Positions 48,629-58,324 of a stretch of 64,000 nucleotides of DNA are shown here, piece by piece; the first letter of the stretch is position 1; each line of letters starts with the position of its first letter. The stretch is from contig CAWCDG010000002.1 of assembly GCA_963794325.1 (NCBI GenBank), forward strand, positions 224,001 through 288,000, given 5' to 3'. Position numbers and translations under genes: made by a program. The stretch is from an uncultured delta proteobacterium (GTDB lineage: Bacteria > Desulfobacterota > Binatia > Binatales > Binataceae). The notes under the pieces were generated by a model, which was not told the DNA's origin, did not search any database, and saw only the letters and a program-made list of their open reading frames with translations.

Positions 48629-49942
48629 ATGCTTGGGATATTGGGGACTCGCGGCAAAACGTTAGTAGTCGGGGGCGTTGCATTGCTTGCCCTGGCGGCC
48701 ATGAGCCTGCCCGGAGAGGCAGGTGTCAAGCCCGGCGACTTCATCACCGTAACCAATTCGGCGCAGGTGAAGGATCTTGTTTCACCCGGCGTCTACTACA
48801 AAGTGCAACACGGGATGACGATGAAAATCGTCCCGACGTTGCGGGTCGACTGGCCGCCTCCGTACAAGGACGCGACCGAGAAATATTCCTCACAGGTTCA
48901 GCTTTCGAAGGATCATCGCACCGTCGTCGGCTACGTTGCCGGACAGCCGTTCCCTCTGATCGACGCGAACGATCCTGACGTTGCGACCAAAGTCGTATGG
49001 AACAACGTGTTCCGCCCGATCCAATCGGACGACTACGATCTGCGCTACTTCGACTGCGACACGGTTTACACCGGCGTCAACAAGCCGTTCTTTGAAATCG
49101 CCTACGGACAGCTCGGACACTACGCCGGCTACGATCTGGTCGGCCGTACAGAAGTCGAGCCGCTGCCGACCGATCCCGATTTCAAGAAGACCAACCGTCT
49201 GTGGCTGTTCCTGCTCGGCCCCGAGCTCGCGCCCCAGGACGCTCGAGGCACCAGCCTGCTCCGCTATCGTTATGCCGATCCGACGCATGGCGACGATACC
49301 TGGACCTGGCAAACCGGCTCGCGTCGGCTGCGCCGTCTGAACGAGGCGATCAATTCGAGCGCGACCGGCGCGCAGACCTGGGATCCCGACCACTACTCGG
49401 GCTTCAATCCCAAGACCGAACAATACAACTACAAGTTCCTCGGCGAGAAAGAGATGCTCGCGACGGTTGACGCCGAGCATTCACCGGAAGTGCGATGCGC
49501 CACCGATGGCGGCGCCAGTGCATGCCCCGAGCGTTGGCAGATGCGCCATATGTACATCGTGACGGCAGAGCCGCGGCGCAGCGTGAACAACGCATCGGCG
49601 CTGGATTCCAAGACCGTCATCTATATGGATTCAGAAATGTGGTTCGAGCCGTACATCGATACGTACGATCGTCGTGGCGAACTGTTCCGCAACCACATCT
49701 ACTGGCTGGCATATCGCGATCGGCCGGTTCCTGACGCGAAAGTCGCTATCTATCCTTTCAAGCGCGAATTCGTCGTCGGCGCCGCTTCGACTGACGTACA
49801 GAGCACCGAGGCAACGATGTGCTACCTGCCCGGTATCGAAACGCCAGAGCGTGAGTGCTGGTACATCAATATGGGCGCAGTGGACCGCGCGTTCTTCACC
49901 ACGGAAGCGATGGTGAAGATGTCGGAAGTCGGCCACATGTAG
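48629..49942 (+). CDS. DUF1329 family exported protein
   Basis: GGAGG RBS; signal peptide; VKPGD.IT..N, G.PFP, D..W......RRLRR, W..R, YDRRGEL. Confidence 0.85.
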   Translation: MLGILGTRGKTLVVGGVALLALAAMSLPGEAGVKPGDFITVTNSAQVKDLVSPGVYYKVQHGMTMKIVPTLRVDWPPPYKDATEKYSSQVQLSKDHRTVVGYVAGQPFPLIDANDPDVATKVVWNNVFRPIQSDDYDLRYFDCDTVYTGVNKPFFEIAYGQLGHYAGYDLVGRTEVEPLPTDPDFKKTNRLWLFLLGPELAPQDARGTSLLRYRYADPTHGDDTWTWQTGSRRLRRLNEAINSSATGAQTWDPDHYSGFNPKTEQYNYKFLGEKEMLATVDAEHSPEVRCATDGGASACPERWQMRHMYIVTAEPRRSVNNASALDSKTVIYMDSEMWFEPYIDTYDRRGELFRNHIYWLAYRDRPVPDAKVAIYPFKREFVVGAASTDVQSTEATMCYLPGIETPERECWYINMGAVDRAFFTTEAMVKMSEVGHM

Positions 49943-49960
49943 CCTGACGAACTGATTGCA

Positions 49961-50002
49961 AAAACGCCGGCAGGAGCATTCGCTCCTGCCGGCGTTTTCT
50001 TT
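49961..50002. terminator. bidirectional rho-independent terminator
   Basis: aaaacgccggcaggagc-attc-gctcctgccggcgtttt. Confidence 0.85.
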
Positions 50003-50101
50003 TCCGGAATGCGCAACTGTTTCTGTGTATGGACCGGTTGAGCGATTTCAAAACCGACGCAATCCGCGTGAAATTCAGCTTCGCGTCGACTGACCGCGTA
50101 C

Positions 50102-50620
50102 CTACCTCAACAACAGGTACGCGGCGCCGCCTATCAGCACCAGCACGCCGGGATTCACGTGGCGCCATAGCAGGATTCCGAACACCACCAGCCCGATTGC
50201 GAGCGTCTGCACGTCTACGATCGACAGCCTCGCGATCGCGTAGGTTCCCGACGTCATCAGGCCTATCGCGACTGGCGCCAGCCCCCGCTGAATCGACGTG
50301 CGCCATGGCCATCCGCCGAGATGCACCCACCATCGATTGACGAACAACGTGATGATGCAGTCCGGCAGGAAGAATGCTATCCCGACAACCGCCATGCCGG
50401 CCCATCCGGCGAGCTTGTAGCCGATCACCAGCACCATCAACATGTTCGGGCCGGGCGCGACTTGGCCGATGCTGTAGATGCTGCGGAACTGCGCGTCGGT
50501 CAGCCAATGAAACGTATCCACCGTCATGTGCTGCATCTCGGGCAGCACCGCGGTGCCGCCTCCAACTGCAAGCACTGACAGCAGCGAGAAAACCAGAAAG
50601 AGATGTATCAATCGTGTCAT
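50102..50620 (-). CDS. short-chain chromate transporter (CHR family) subunit
   Basis: AVGGG..VL, WLTDAQF...YSIGQVAPGPN. Confidence 0.88.
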   Translation of the reverse strand: MTRLIHLFLVFSLLSVLAVGGGTAVLPEMQHMTVDTFHWLTDAQFRSIYSIGQVAPGPNMLMVLVIGYKLAGWAGMAVVGIAFFLPDCIITLFVNRWWVHLGGWPWRTSIQRGLAPVAIGLMTSGTYAIARLSIVDVQTLAIGLVVFGILLWRHVNPGVLVLIGGAAYLLLR

Positions 50621-50641
50621 GCGGGTTTGTATCTCGATTGC

Positions 50642-51313
50642 CTAATGACGAAACCAGTGATGGCGCGGGCCGCGATGAAACGGCAGGTGCTCGTCCTCGG
50701 CGCGCGGTTCAGAGACGTGCGGGCGGTACAGCCAAACCGATATCGGTCCAATACTCAACAGCACCACGAACAGAGGCACCTTGAGAAAGCTGACCGCGAG
50801 AAACGTCCCGATGATGATCGCGATGTCGGGAAGCTGTCGAAATTGCCGCCGCCCTATTTGCAGCGTCACCGCTGACAGCAGGCCGACCGCCGCGGCCGCG
50901 ATCCCCAGCAGGAAGCGCTTCACGTCGGGATTGTCGTGATTCGATTGATAAAGGATCCCGAGCATCATCACGACGATTGATCCCGGCAACAGCATCCCGA
51001 TTACCGACACTGCCGCGCCCGCGATGCCGCGCAGATTGTCGCCCATGATAATCGCCATGTTGACGGCGTTGAGCCCCGGCAACGTCTCGCTGATTTCCAT
51101 CGCGCCGAGAAAGCCTTCGTCGTCGAGCCATCCTTCTTCGCGCACGAGGTACTCGCGCAGATACGCGACGGCGCCGCCACCGAAGCTCAGCCCTCCCGCC
51201 AGCAGGAAGATCCTGAACAGCGTCAGCAAGCTCGGATGAAGATCGGGCTCACTCTTGGTGTTTGAGACTGGCGTTTCCGTATCCGTAGATAAGGGCGGTT
51301 TTGGTTGTTCCAC
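50642..51313 (-). CDS. short-chain chromate transporter (CHR family) subunit
   Basis: SFGGGA, GWLDDEGF.....ETLPGLN; start uncertain (overlaps the upstream gene). Confidence 0.88.
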   Translation of the reverse strand: MEQPKPPLSTDTETPVSNTKSEPDLHPSLLTLFRIFLLAGGLSFGGGAVAYLREYLVREEGWLDDEGFLGAMEISETLPGLNAVNMAIIMGDNLRGIAGAAVSVIGMLLPGSIVVMMLGILYQSNHDNPDVKRFLLGIAAAAVGLLSAVTLQIGRRQFRQLPDIAIIIGTFLAVSFLKVPLFVVLLSIGPISVWLYRPHVSEPRAEDEHLPFHRGPRHHWFRH

Positions 51314-52154
51314 GCTGCACCCAGTCTGCGGCCCGCGATTGCAGGCCCGTGTAGAAGGATTCGGAAAGCTCGCGCTGCTTGCGACGCACCGCTTCAGGAC
51401 TGTCGAACTTCAACTGGTAGGCGAACTCCGCGACGATCGGCTGGTTGGTCGCGTGCACTCGCCAAACCGCCAGCGTCGTCTTCGCCGCGAGCTTGTGCCC
51501 GAAGTCCAGCATCCCGAGATCGACCAGATATTCCTGAATCGAGACGCCGTTCACGACGCTCAGGGGCGCCTTCGGATTCGCGTCGATCCTCTTGAGCGCG
51601 GGAAACGCTTCCGCGGTCGTCTCGAATCGCTGCGTCAATATGATGTTGGGCGTGTCGAGCTCGCAGTTGTGTGAGTACACCAGCCGCATCCCGAGCGCCC
51701 CGTCCTTCGGCAGGAGGATTTCCTCCTTGAATTTCAGCGTGTACTTGCATGGCAGCAGCGGCCGCGGATCCACTGCCAGTGCCACGTTTTTTTCCGGATG
51801 CCGAAACTTGATCACCAGCTCGTGATTCGGATCGGGCGCCCCGTGATGATAGAACGTCCGCTTTCTCAGGATGAAGCCGTGATTGTAGAGCTTGAAGTGC
51901 GGGGTGTCGTAGAAGACCACTTCGCGCGTGTGCGGCTTGATCGGTTCGTCCATCCGGTCGAGCTTGATGCCGAGTGATTTCGCCGAGTGATGCGCGAGCT
52001 TCCAGAATTTGTGGAATGACTTCTCGTCGGGGAACAGGTCCGGCTTCAGTAGCAGCTTATATTCGCGATACTGGACCTGGTCCGACGGTACTATCGGCTC
52101 GTAAAGCTTTGAACTTTCGGAGTGCGCGCTCATCTGAAATTCTTTGTCCGTCAA
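51249..52154 (-). CDS. CYTH-like (triphosphate tunnel) hypothetical protein
   Basis: YREYKLLL, REVVFYDT...LY..GFILRKR, K.R, C-terminal TTKT. Confidence 0.6.
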   Translation of the reverse strand: MTDKEFQMSAHSESSKLYEPIVPSDQVQYREYKLLLKPDLFPDEKSFHKFWKLAHHSAKSLGIKLDRMDEPIKPHTREVVFYDTPHFKLYNHGFILRKRTFYHHGAPDPNHELVIKFRHPEKNVALAVDPRPLLPCKYTLKFKEEILLPKDGALGMRLVYSHNCELDTPNIILTQRFETTAEAFPALKRIDANPKAPLSVVNGVSIQEYLVDLGMLDFGHKLAAKTTLAVWRVHATNQPIVAEFAYQLKFDSPEAVRRKQRELSESFYTGLQSRAADWVQRGTTKTALIYGYGNASLKHQE

Positions 52155-52258
52155 ATACTACTGATTTGCTGGCGGGTCCGAAACTGTTACTCAGTCATTT
52201 TGGAGACGAAGCCCAGCGTAGCGAAATACCTGCGGGGCCAGCCTGCCGGGAGTCAAAC

Positions 52259-53536
52259 ATGAGCATTACAACACCGCTGTCCGAGCGCATCGCCGCAGCA
52301 ATTCCGCGCGGCGTCAGCGTGCCGATTCCAATCCTTGCCCATCATGCATCGGGCGCTGAAATCTGGGACGCCGACGGCCGCCGCTATATCGACTTCGGCG
52401 GCGGTATCTCGGTACTCAACGTTGGCCATCGCCATCCGCACGTGATGGCAGCGGTGAATGCTCAGCTCGACGCGTTCACTCACACCTGCTTCGGCGTGAC
52501 GCCGTACGAATCGTACATCAAGCTCGCCGAGCGAATGAATCAGCTCGCGCCGATCGCCACGCCGAAGAAGAGTATCTTTCTCACGACGGGCGCCGAGGCA
52601 GTCGAGAACGCCGTCAAAATTGCGCGTCATGCGACCGGCCGCTCGGCAATCATTTCGTTCACCGGCGGATTTCACGGCCGCACACTCATGGCGCTCGCGC
52701 TCACCGGCAAAATAAATCCATACAAAGCCGGCTTCGGACCATTTCCCGCCGACACGTTTCACGCGCCGTTCCCCGATGCTTATCGAGGCGGCAGCACCGA
52801 GAAGAGTCTCGCTGCGCTCGAGATGCTGTTCAAATCGTCGGTCGAGCCGTCGCGCATTGCGGCGATTATCATCGAGCCGGTGCAAGGGGAGGGCGGCTTC
52901 AACGTCGCGCCATTCGAGTTTCTTCGCGAGCTGCGCGCGCTGTGCGATCGGCACGGCATCATTTTCATTGCCGACGAAATCCAGACTGGCTTCGGCCGCA
53001 CCGGCCGGATGTTTGCGGTCGAGCACGCCGGCGTCGAGCCCGATCTCATCACAGTCGCGAAAAGCCTCGCCGGTGGATTCCCACTCTCTGGTGTCATCGG
53101 CCGCGCCGCTATCATGGACAGCGTTGCGCCTGGCGGCCTCGGCGGCACGTTCGCCGGTAATCCAGTGTCATGCGCGGCAGCCCTCGCCGTGCTCGACGTA
53201 TTCCGCGACGAGCATGTGCTGGCGCGCGCCGAAAAGCAGGGCGTCCTCGTGCGTGCGCGTCTCGACGTGATGCGCGAACGATTCCCTGTCATCGGCGATG
53301 TGCGCGGCCTCGGTGCGATGCTCGCGATCGAGCTCGTGCGCAACCGCGTTTCCAGAGAGCCAGCCCCCGAACTCGCCAGCCGGATGGCGAAGCTCGCTTC
53401 CGAGCGCGGCCTGATCCTGCTCACCGCCGGAATCTACGGGAACGTGATTCGAATCCTGGCGCCACTGACCGCCTCGCCCGAATTGATGGACGAAGGCCTG
53501 ACAATTCTGGAGCAATCGATCGCCGACTTACGCTAG
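52259..53536 (+). CDS. gabT: 4-aminobutyrate aminotransferase
   Basis: YIDFGGGISVLNVGH, TTGAEAVENAVKIAR, FHGRT, EPVQGEGG, DEIQTGFGRTG, AKSLAGG, GGLGGTFAGNP. Confidence 0.93.
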   Translation: MSITTPLSERIAAAIPRGVSVPIPILAHHASGAEIWDADGRRYIDFGGGISVLNVGHRHPHVMAAVNAQLDAFTHTCFGVTPYESYIKLAERMNQLAPIATPKKSIFLTTGAEAVENAVKIARHATGRSAIISFTGGFHGRTLMALALTGKINPYKAGFGPFPADTFHAPFPDAYRGGSTEKSLAALEMLFKSSVEPSRIAAIIIEPVQGEGGFNVAPFEFLRELRALCDRHGIIFIADEIQTGFGRTGRMFAVEHAGVEPDLITVAKSLAGGFPLSGVIGRAAIMDSVAPGGLGGTFAGNPVSCAAALAVLDVFRDEHVLARAEKQGVLVRARLDVMRERFPVIGDVRGLGAMLAIELVRNRVSREPAPELASRMAKLASERGLILLTAGIYGNVIRILAPLTASPELMDEGLTILEQSIADLR

Positions 53537-53569
53537 CACTGCAAGCCCAATTCGTATGAAATATGGGCG

Positions 53570-53698
53570 ATGAGGCTCCCCGACGTTATCGGAGTCGGGC
53601 CCCCGCGCCCCGGCTCGACCGGGCTCTACAACGCGCTGCGCGAGTCCGTGGACCTGCCCAGCGGGATCAAGGAGAGTCAGTTCTTCAAGGATCGATGA
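53570..53698 (+). pseudogene. truncated sulfotransferase N-terminus (42 aa)
   Basis: MRLPDVIGVGPPRPGSTGLYNALRESVDLPSGIKESQFFKDR*; a copy of the start of 54748-55635 with a damaged PAPS loop. Confidence 0.75.
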
Positions 53699-54591
53699 GC
53701 CAGAAGGAGAAATACCGGCTGCCCGAGTTTCTCGGAGTCGGTCCGCCGCGCACCGGCACAACCTGGCTGCATAACGTCCTCCAGGGCCATGTCGATCTGC
53801 CCTACGGCATTAAGGAGACGGGATTTTTCTCCGTCTACTACGACAAAGGCATCGATTGGTACGCGCGCCATTTTCGTTACGCGACTGGCGAGCGCCGAGT
53901 CGGCGAGATTTCCTGCTACTTCTTCGAACCGGAGGCGCGCGAGCGCATCAAGACCCACATCCCCAATTGCAAGATCATCACGACGATGCGCGATCCGGTC
54001 GATCGCCTGTATTCGATGTACAAGCTGTTGCGGCATAACGCAGTCGCGCGTCGCGGCACGTTCGAGGAGACTTTGAACCTGTGGCCATCGATGGCAAAGG
54101 GCAACCGTTACGCGTCAAATCTTCAGGGATGGTTCGACCAGTTCGGCCGGGAAAATGTCCTGGTCACGATGTACGATGAATTGCGCTCGGACCCGCAGCA
54201 GTACTTGAATCGGATCACCGGATTCATCGGCATCGATCGAATCGCGCTCTCCGACCGTCCCCGCATACGCGACGACGTGTACGCCTTCTACCGTGCGCCC
54301 AGGAACCGCAAACTCGCGCGCAATGCGTGGCGGGTGAAGTCCTGGCTCAAGGGACGCCAGGCGTATGGCGCAATCAACTTGCTCGAACGCGCAGGCGTAT
54401 GGCAATTCTGCGGAGGGCGCGGAGAGCCATTTCCACAGCTCACACCCGAGCAGGATGCGCGGTTGCGGGAGCGCCTCCTACCCGAAATCGGAGCCCTCGA
54501 AGAATTGCTCATGCTCGATCTCTCCGTCTGGAAGAAACCGCGCGCGACGCGCGTTGCCGAAGATCCCTTGTCGCGACTAACCAACAAATGA
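53695..54591 (+). CDS. PAPS-dependent sulfotransferase 1
   Basis: GPPRTGTTWL (5'-PSB), KETGFF, RDPVDRLYS (3'-PB). Confidence 0.9.
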   Translation: MSQKEKYRLPEFLGVGPPRTGTTWLHNVLQGHVDLPYGIKETGFFSVYYDKGIDWYARHFRYATGERRVGEISCYFFEPEARERIKTHIPNCKIITTMRDPVDRLYSMYKLLRHNAVARRGTFEETLNLWPSMAKGNRYASNLQGWFDQFGRENVLVTMYDELRSDPQQYLNRITGFIGIDRIALSDRPRIRDDVYAFYRAPRNRKLARNAWRVKSWLKGRQAYGAINLLERAGVWQFCGGRGEPFPQLTPEQDARLRERLLPEIGALEELLMLDLSVWKKPRATRVAEDPLSRLTNK

Positions 54592-54747
54592 GCGCGACCG
54601 GCAAGCACCGGGAAAAAACCGTGCGCGCCGCGGGTCCTCAAAAATTCTCCGCTGTGCACGCTGCCGCAACTAGTCAACGGATGAATGCGCAGTCTCTCGC
54701 CGACATGCGCTGGCACTGCACGCCCAATTCGTATGAAATATGGCCTT

Positions 54748-55635
54748 ATGAGGCTCCCCGACGTCATCGGAATCGGGCCCCCGCGCACCGGCTCGACCTG
54801 GCTTTACAACGCGCTGCGTGACTCCGTGGACATGCCCTACGGGGCCAAGGATACGCACTTCCTGGACTACTTCGATCAAAAGGGGATCGGTTGGTACGCG
54901 GATCACTTTCGCTACGCGACCGGTAAACGAAAAGTCGTGGAGATATGTCCCGGCGCGTTTTTCAAACCCCGCGCCCGCGAGCTTATCAAGACCCACATTC
55001 CGCAGTCCAAAATCGTCGCGACCATGCGCAATCCCGTGGACCGAATCTATTCCGTTTACAAGCTCCTGCGTCGTTACGGATGGGTGCGCAGCGGAACCTT
55101 CGACGAGATCCTGAATGCATGGCCGAACCTGGGCTCAGGCAACCGCTACGCGGAGCATTTGAAGGACTGGTTCGAAAGCTTCGGCCGCGAAAACGTCCTG
55201 GTCACCATATACGATGAGTTGCGAGCGGACCCGCAGATTTATGTGAATCGGGTCTGCGATTTCATCAGCGTCGAGCGAGTAGCGCTCGCCCCGCACTCCG
55301 ACCTTGGCAGCGATGTAAATTCCTTTGCCCGTGCGCCCAAAAATCGCCGGCTCGCCCGCCGCGCAACCGCAGTGATCAATTGGCTGAACGGCCACCAGGC
55401 CTATCCCGTGCTCAACGCGCTGGAGCGCGCGGGCGTCTGGGAATTCTGCCAGGGCCGTGGCGAGATATATCCGCGCCTTACCCCGGAGCAGGAGAAGCGT
55501 TTGCGTGAGCGCTTCCTTCCTGAAGTCGAAGCGCTCGAGGAACTGCTCAGGATCGATCTCTCGTCATGGAAAGAGCCCCGCACCGATCGCGGGCTTCCGA
55601 AGGATAGCCGGCCTTCGCGGCTGGCCCTGGGATGA
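54748..55635 (+). CDS. sulfotransferase 2
   Basis: GPPRTGSTWL, KDTHFL, RNPVDRIYS. Confidence 0.9.
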   Translation: MRLPDVIGIGPPRTGSTWLYNALRDSVDMPYGAKDTHFLDYFDQKGIGWYADHFRYATGKRKVVEICPGAFFKPRARELIKTHIPQSKIVATMRNPVDRIYSVYKLLRRYGWVRSGTFDEILNAWPNLGSGNRYAEHLKDWFESFGRENVLVTIYDELRADPQIYVNRVCDFISVERVALAPHSDLGSDVNSFARAPKNRRLARRATAVINWLNGHQAYPVLNALERAGVWEFCQGRGEIYPRLTPEQEKRLRERFLPEVEALEELLRIDLSSWKEPRTDRGLPKDSRPSRLALG

Positions 55636-56519
55636 GCCCGGCAGTGAAGCGCCACTTGCCGGAGATTCTTGGCGTTGGTCCAGGACGCTCCGGCACGACC
55701 TGGTTGCATCGCGTGCTCGAGGGCCACGTCGATCTGCCTTATGGCGTCAAAGAAGTGCTCTATTTCACCCTTTTCTATGACAAGGGCATCGACTGGTACG
55801 CCCGCCATTTTCGCTACGCGACCGGCGAGCGTAAGGTCGCCGAGATTTGTCCCTACTTTTTCAGTCCCGAAGCTCGCGACCGCATCAAGACCGACCTCCC
55901 GAACTGCAAGATCATCATCACGCTGCGCGAGCCGGTCGATCGAATCTATTCAGTCTACAAGACCAGGCGGCATTACGGATGGCTGCGCGGCGGAACGTTG
56001 GAGGAGGTGCTCAAAGTGAGGCCTCAGCTCGGCGGAGGCTATAACTACGCATTCCATCTCAAAGCATGGTTCGACATCTTCGGCCGCGAGAATGTGCTGG
56101 TCACTCTCTATGATGAATTGCGCAAGCAGCCACAGTCCTATCTGGATCGGGTGACGGATTTCAGCGGCATTGAAAGGATATCCCTCTCGACGAGGCCTGA
56201 AATCGAGAGTGACGTGCACTCGTTTGCACGCGCGCCCAAAAGCAGCAAACTCGCGCGCAACGCCCGGCGCCTGATGTATTGGTTGCAGGGTCATCAGGCA
56301 TACGCTGTGAGTGACCTGTTCGAGCGGGCGGGCATCTGGGATTTCTGCTACGGACGTGGCGAGCTATATTCGCCGCTCACCCCGGAACAGGACGCGCGTT
56401 TGCGTGAGCGCTTTCTGCCTGAAGTCGAAGCGCTGGAAGAACTGCTCAGGATCGATTTGTCCGCGTGGAAGAAACCGCGCGCGCCACGCGTCGTCGAAAA
56501 TTCCCTGCCAACCGCTTGA
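55632..56519 (+). CDS. sulfotransferase 3
   Basis: GPGRSGTTWL, KEVLYF, REPVDRIYS. Confidence 0.9.
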   Translation: MSPAVKRHLPEILGVGPGRSGTTWLHRVLEGHVDLPYGVKEVLYFTLFYDKGIDWYARHFRYATGERKVAEICPYFFSPEARDRIKTDLPNCKIIITLREPVDRIYSVYKTRRHYGWLRGGTLEEVLKVRPQLGGGYNYAFHLKAWFDIFGRENVLVTLYDELRKQPQSYLDRVTDFSGIERISLSTRPEIESDVHSFARAPKSSKLARNARRLMYWLQGHQAYAVSDLFERAGIWDFCYGRGELYSPLTPEQDARLRERFLPEVEALEELLRIDLSAWKKPRAPRVVENSLPTA

Positions 56520-56534
56520 AGCAATAGCCAATCG

Positions 56535-57404
56535 ATGAGCGCAACCGTCAACCGTCGACTGCCGGAAATTATCGGCGCTGGTCCCGGCCGCACCGGCACC
56601 ACCTGGTTGCATCGCGTGCTCGAGGGCGTCGTTGATTTGCCGTACGGCGTCAAGGAGACCCAGTTCTTCAATACCTTCTACGACAAGGGCATCGACTGGT
56701 ACGCGCGTCACTTTCGCTACGCCACGGGAGCGCGCAAGATCGCTGAAATCTGCCCCTACTTTTTCCATCCGCTCGCGGCCGGCCGGATAAAGGCCCACAT
56801 TCCGAATTGTCGCATCATCACCACTTTGCGCGATCCCGTCGACCATTCGTTTTCGGCGTACAAGCTGGTCCTTCACTTCGCATGGGCGCGCGGCACGTTC
56901 GACGAGGTGCTGATATCGCGGCCGAACCTGGGCAGCGGCAACCGTTACGCGTCGCATCTCAAGACCTGGTTCGACCTGTTCGGCCGCGAGAACGTGCTGG
57001 TCACGATGTACGATGAATTGCGCGCGCAGCCGCAGTCGTACCTCGATCGCGTGACCGATTTCATGGGTGTCGAGCGCGTCGCACTTTCCGCGCACCCTGA
57101 AATCGGCGATGAGGTCCACTCGTTTGCGCGTGCTCCCAAAAGCCCCATACTCGCTCGCCGCGCGCGGAAGATGATGTACTGGTTGCAAGGCCATCAGGCT
57201 TACAGTGCCATCAACCTGCTCGAGCGAGTGGGCGTGTGGGATTTCTGTTACGGACGCGGCGAGCCGTTCGGCCGTCTCACGGAGGAACAGGAACATCGCC
57301 TGCGCGAGCGCTACCTGCCCGAAGTCGAGGCGCTCGAGGAATTGCTCCGCATCGATCTCTCGGCATGGAAGAAGCCGCAAGTGCGGCACGCGACGGTTGC
57401 GTAA
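56535..57404 (+). CDS. sulfotransferase 4
   Basis: GPGRTGTTWL, KETQFF, RDPVDHSFS. Confidence 0.9.
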   Translation: MSATVNRRLPEIIGAGPGRTGTTWLHRVLEGVVDLPYGVKETQFFNTFYDKGIDWYARHFRYATGARKIAEICPYFFHPLAAGRIKAHIPNCRIITTLRDPVDHSFSAYKLVLHFAWARGTFDEVLISRPNLGSGNRYASHLKTWFDLFGRENVLVTMYDELRAQPQSYLDRVTDFMGVERVALSAHPEIGDEVHSFARAPKSPILARRARKMMYWLQGHQAYSAINLLERVGVWDFCYGRGEPFGRLTEEQEHRLRERYLPEVEALEELLRIDLSAWKKPQVRHATVA

Positions 57405-57408
57405 GTAG

Positions 57409-58317
57409 ATGGACAATTCTTCGAATAGCGCACGCGATTTGCGACTTCCCGACTTCATCGGCGTCGGGCCCGGCCGCACCGGCACGACCTGGCTGCATGA
57501 AGTGCTCAAGGGTCGCGTCAATCTGCCGGCCGGAATCAAAGAGACTGATTTTTTCACCACCAACTACAGCAAGGGCATCGAGTGGTATGCGCATCACTTT
57601 CGCGACGCCGACCGCCTCCGCCCGATCGGTGAGGTCAATCCATACTTCGGTTTCCCCGAAGCCGCAGAGCGCATCTCGATTCATATTCCGCGCTGCAAGA
57701 TCATTTGCTCGTTCCGCAATCCGGTCGAGCGAATCTACTCGGCTTACAAACTTTGGCGTCACTATACGCTGACCAACGATCCGCTCGATAAATTTCTGGT
57801 AAAAGTTCCGCAGGTGATCGAAGTTACGCGCTACGCGACGCATCTGCCTGACTATCGCGCGCGTTTCGGCGACGACCGGGTGCTGGTCCTGCTCAACGAC
57901 GATCTGCGGAGCGATCCGCAAGCGTACCTCGACTGCGTCTGTGATTTCATCGGTATCGAGCATTACCTCGTGCCTGCTGCTGCGGCCGAAGGCGAGTTGA
58001 TCAACTCGATTAACGACTTGCCCCGGTTTCCCCGCGTCGCGCGCAAGGCGCGCCACTTCATGCACTGGCTCGAGGACAAACAAGCCTACGGCACCAGCAA
58101 CTTTCTCGAACAGGCGGGTGCGTGGAAGCTGGTTTTCGGCGGCGGCCCAAAATTTCCGCCGCTCGATCCGGCAATCGAAGCGCGTCTGCATGAACTCATG
58201 CGTCCCGAAATCGAGGCGCTCGAGAAAATGATCGGACGCGACCTCTCCGCATGGAAGACTCCTCGCGGCCGCAGCAGTACCATCGTCACCCGCGCAGCTT
58301 CACTCCAGGAAAGTTAG
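57409..58317 (+). CDS. sulfotransferase 5
   Basis: GPGRTGTTWL, KETDFF, GEVNPY, RNPVERIYS. Confidence 0.9.
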   Translation: MDNSSNSARDLRLPDFIGVGPGRTGTTWLHEVLKGRVNLPAGIKETDFFTTNYSKGIEWYAHHFRDADRLRPIGEVNPYFGFPEAAERISIHIPRCKIICSFRNPVERIYSAYKLWRHYTLTNDPLDKFLVKVPQVIEVTRYATHLPDYRARFGDDRVLVLLNDDLRSDPQAYLDCVCDFIGIEHYLVPAAAAEGELINSINDLPRFPRVARKARHFMHWLEDKQAYGTSNFLEQAGAWKLVFGGGPKFPPLDPAIEARLHELMRPEIEALEKMIGRDLSAWKTPRGRSSTIVTRAASLQES

Positions 58318-58324
58318 CGTCGCG

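Noticed and set aside
53695-58317. Sulfotransferases as lasso tailoring enzymes
   Set aside because: About 28 kb from the lasso genes and operonic with glycosyltransferases; a glycan role is more parsimonious.
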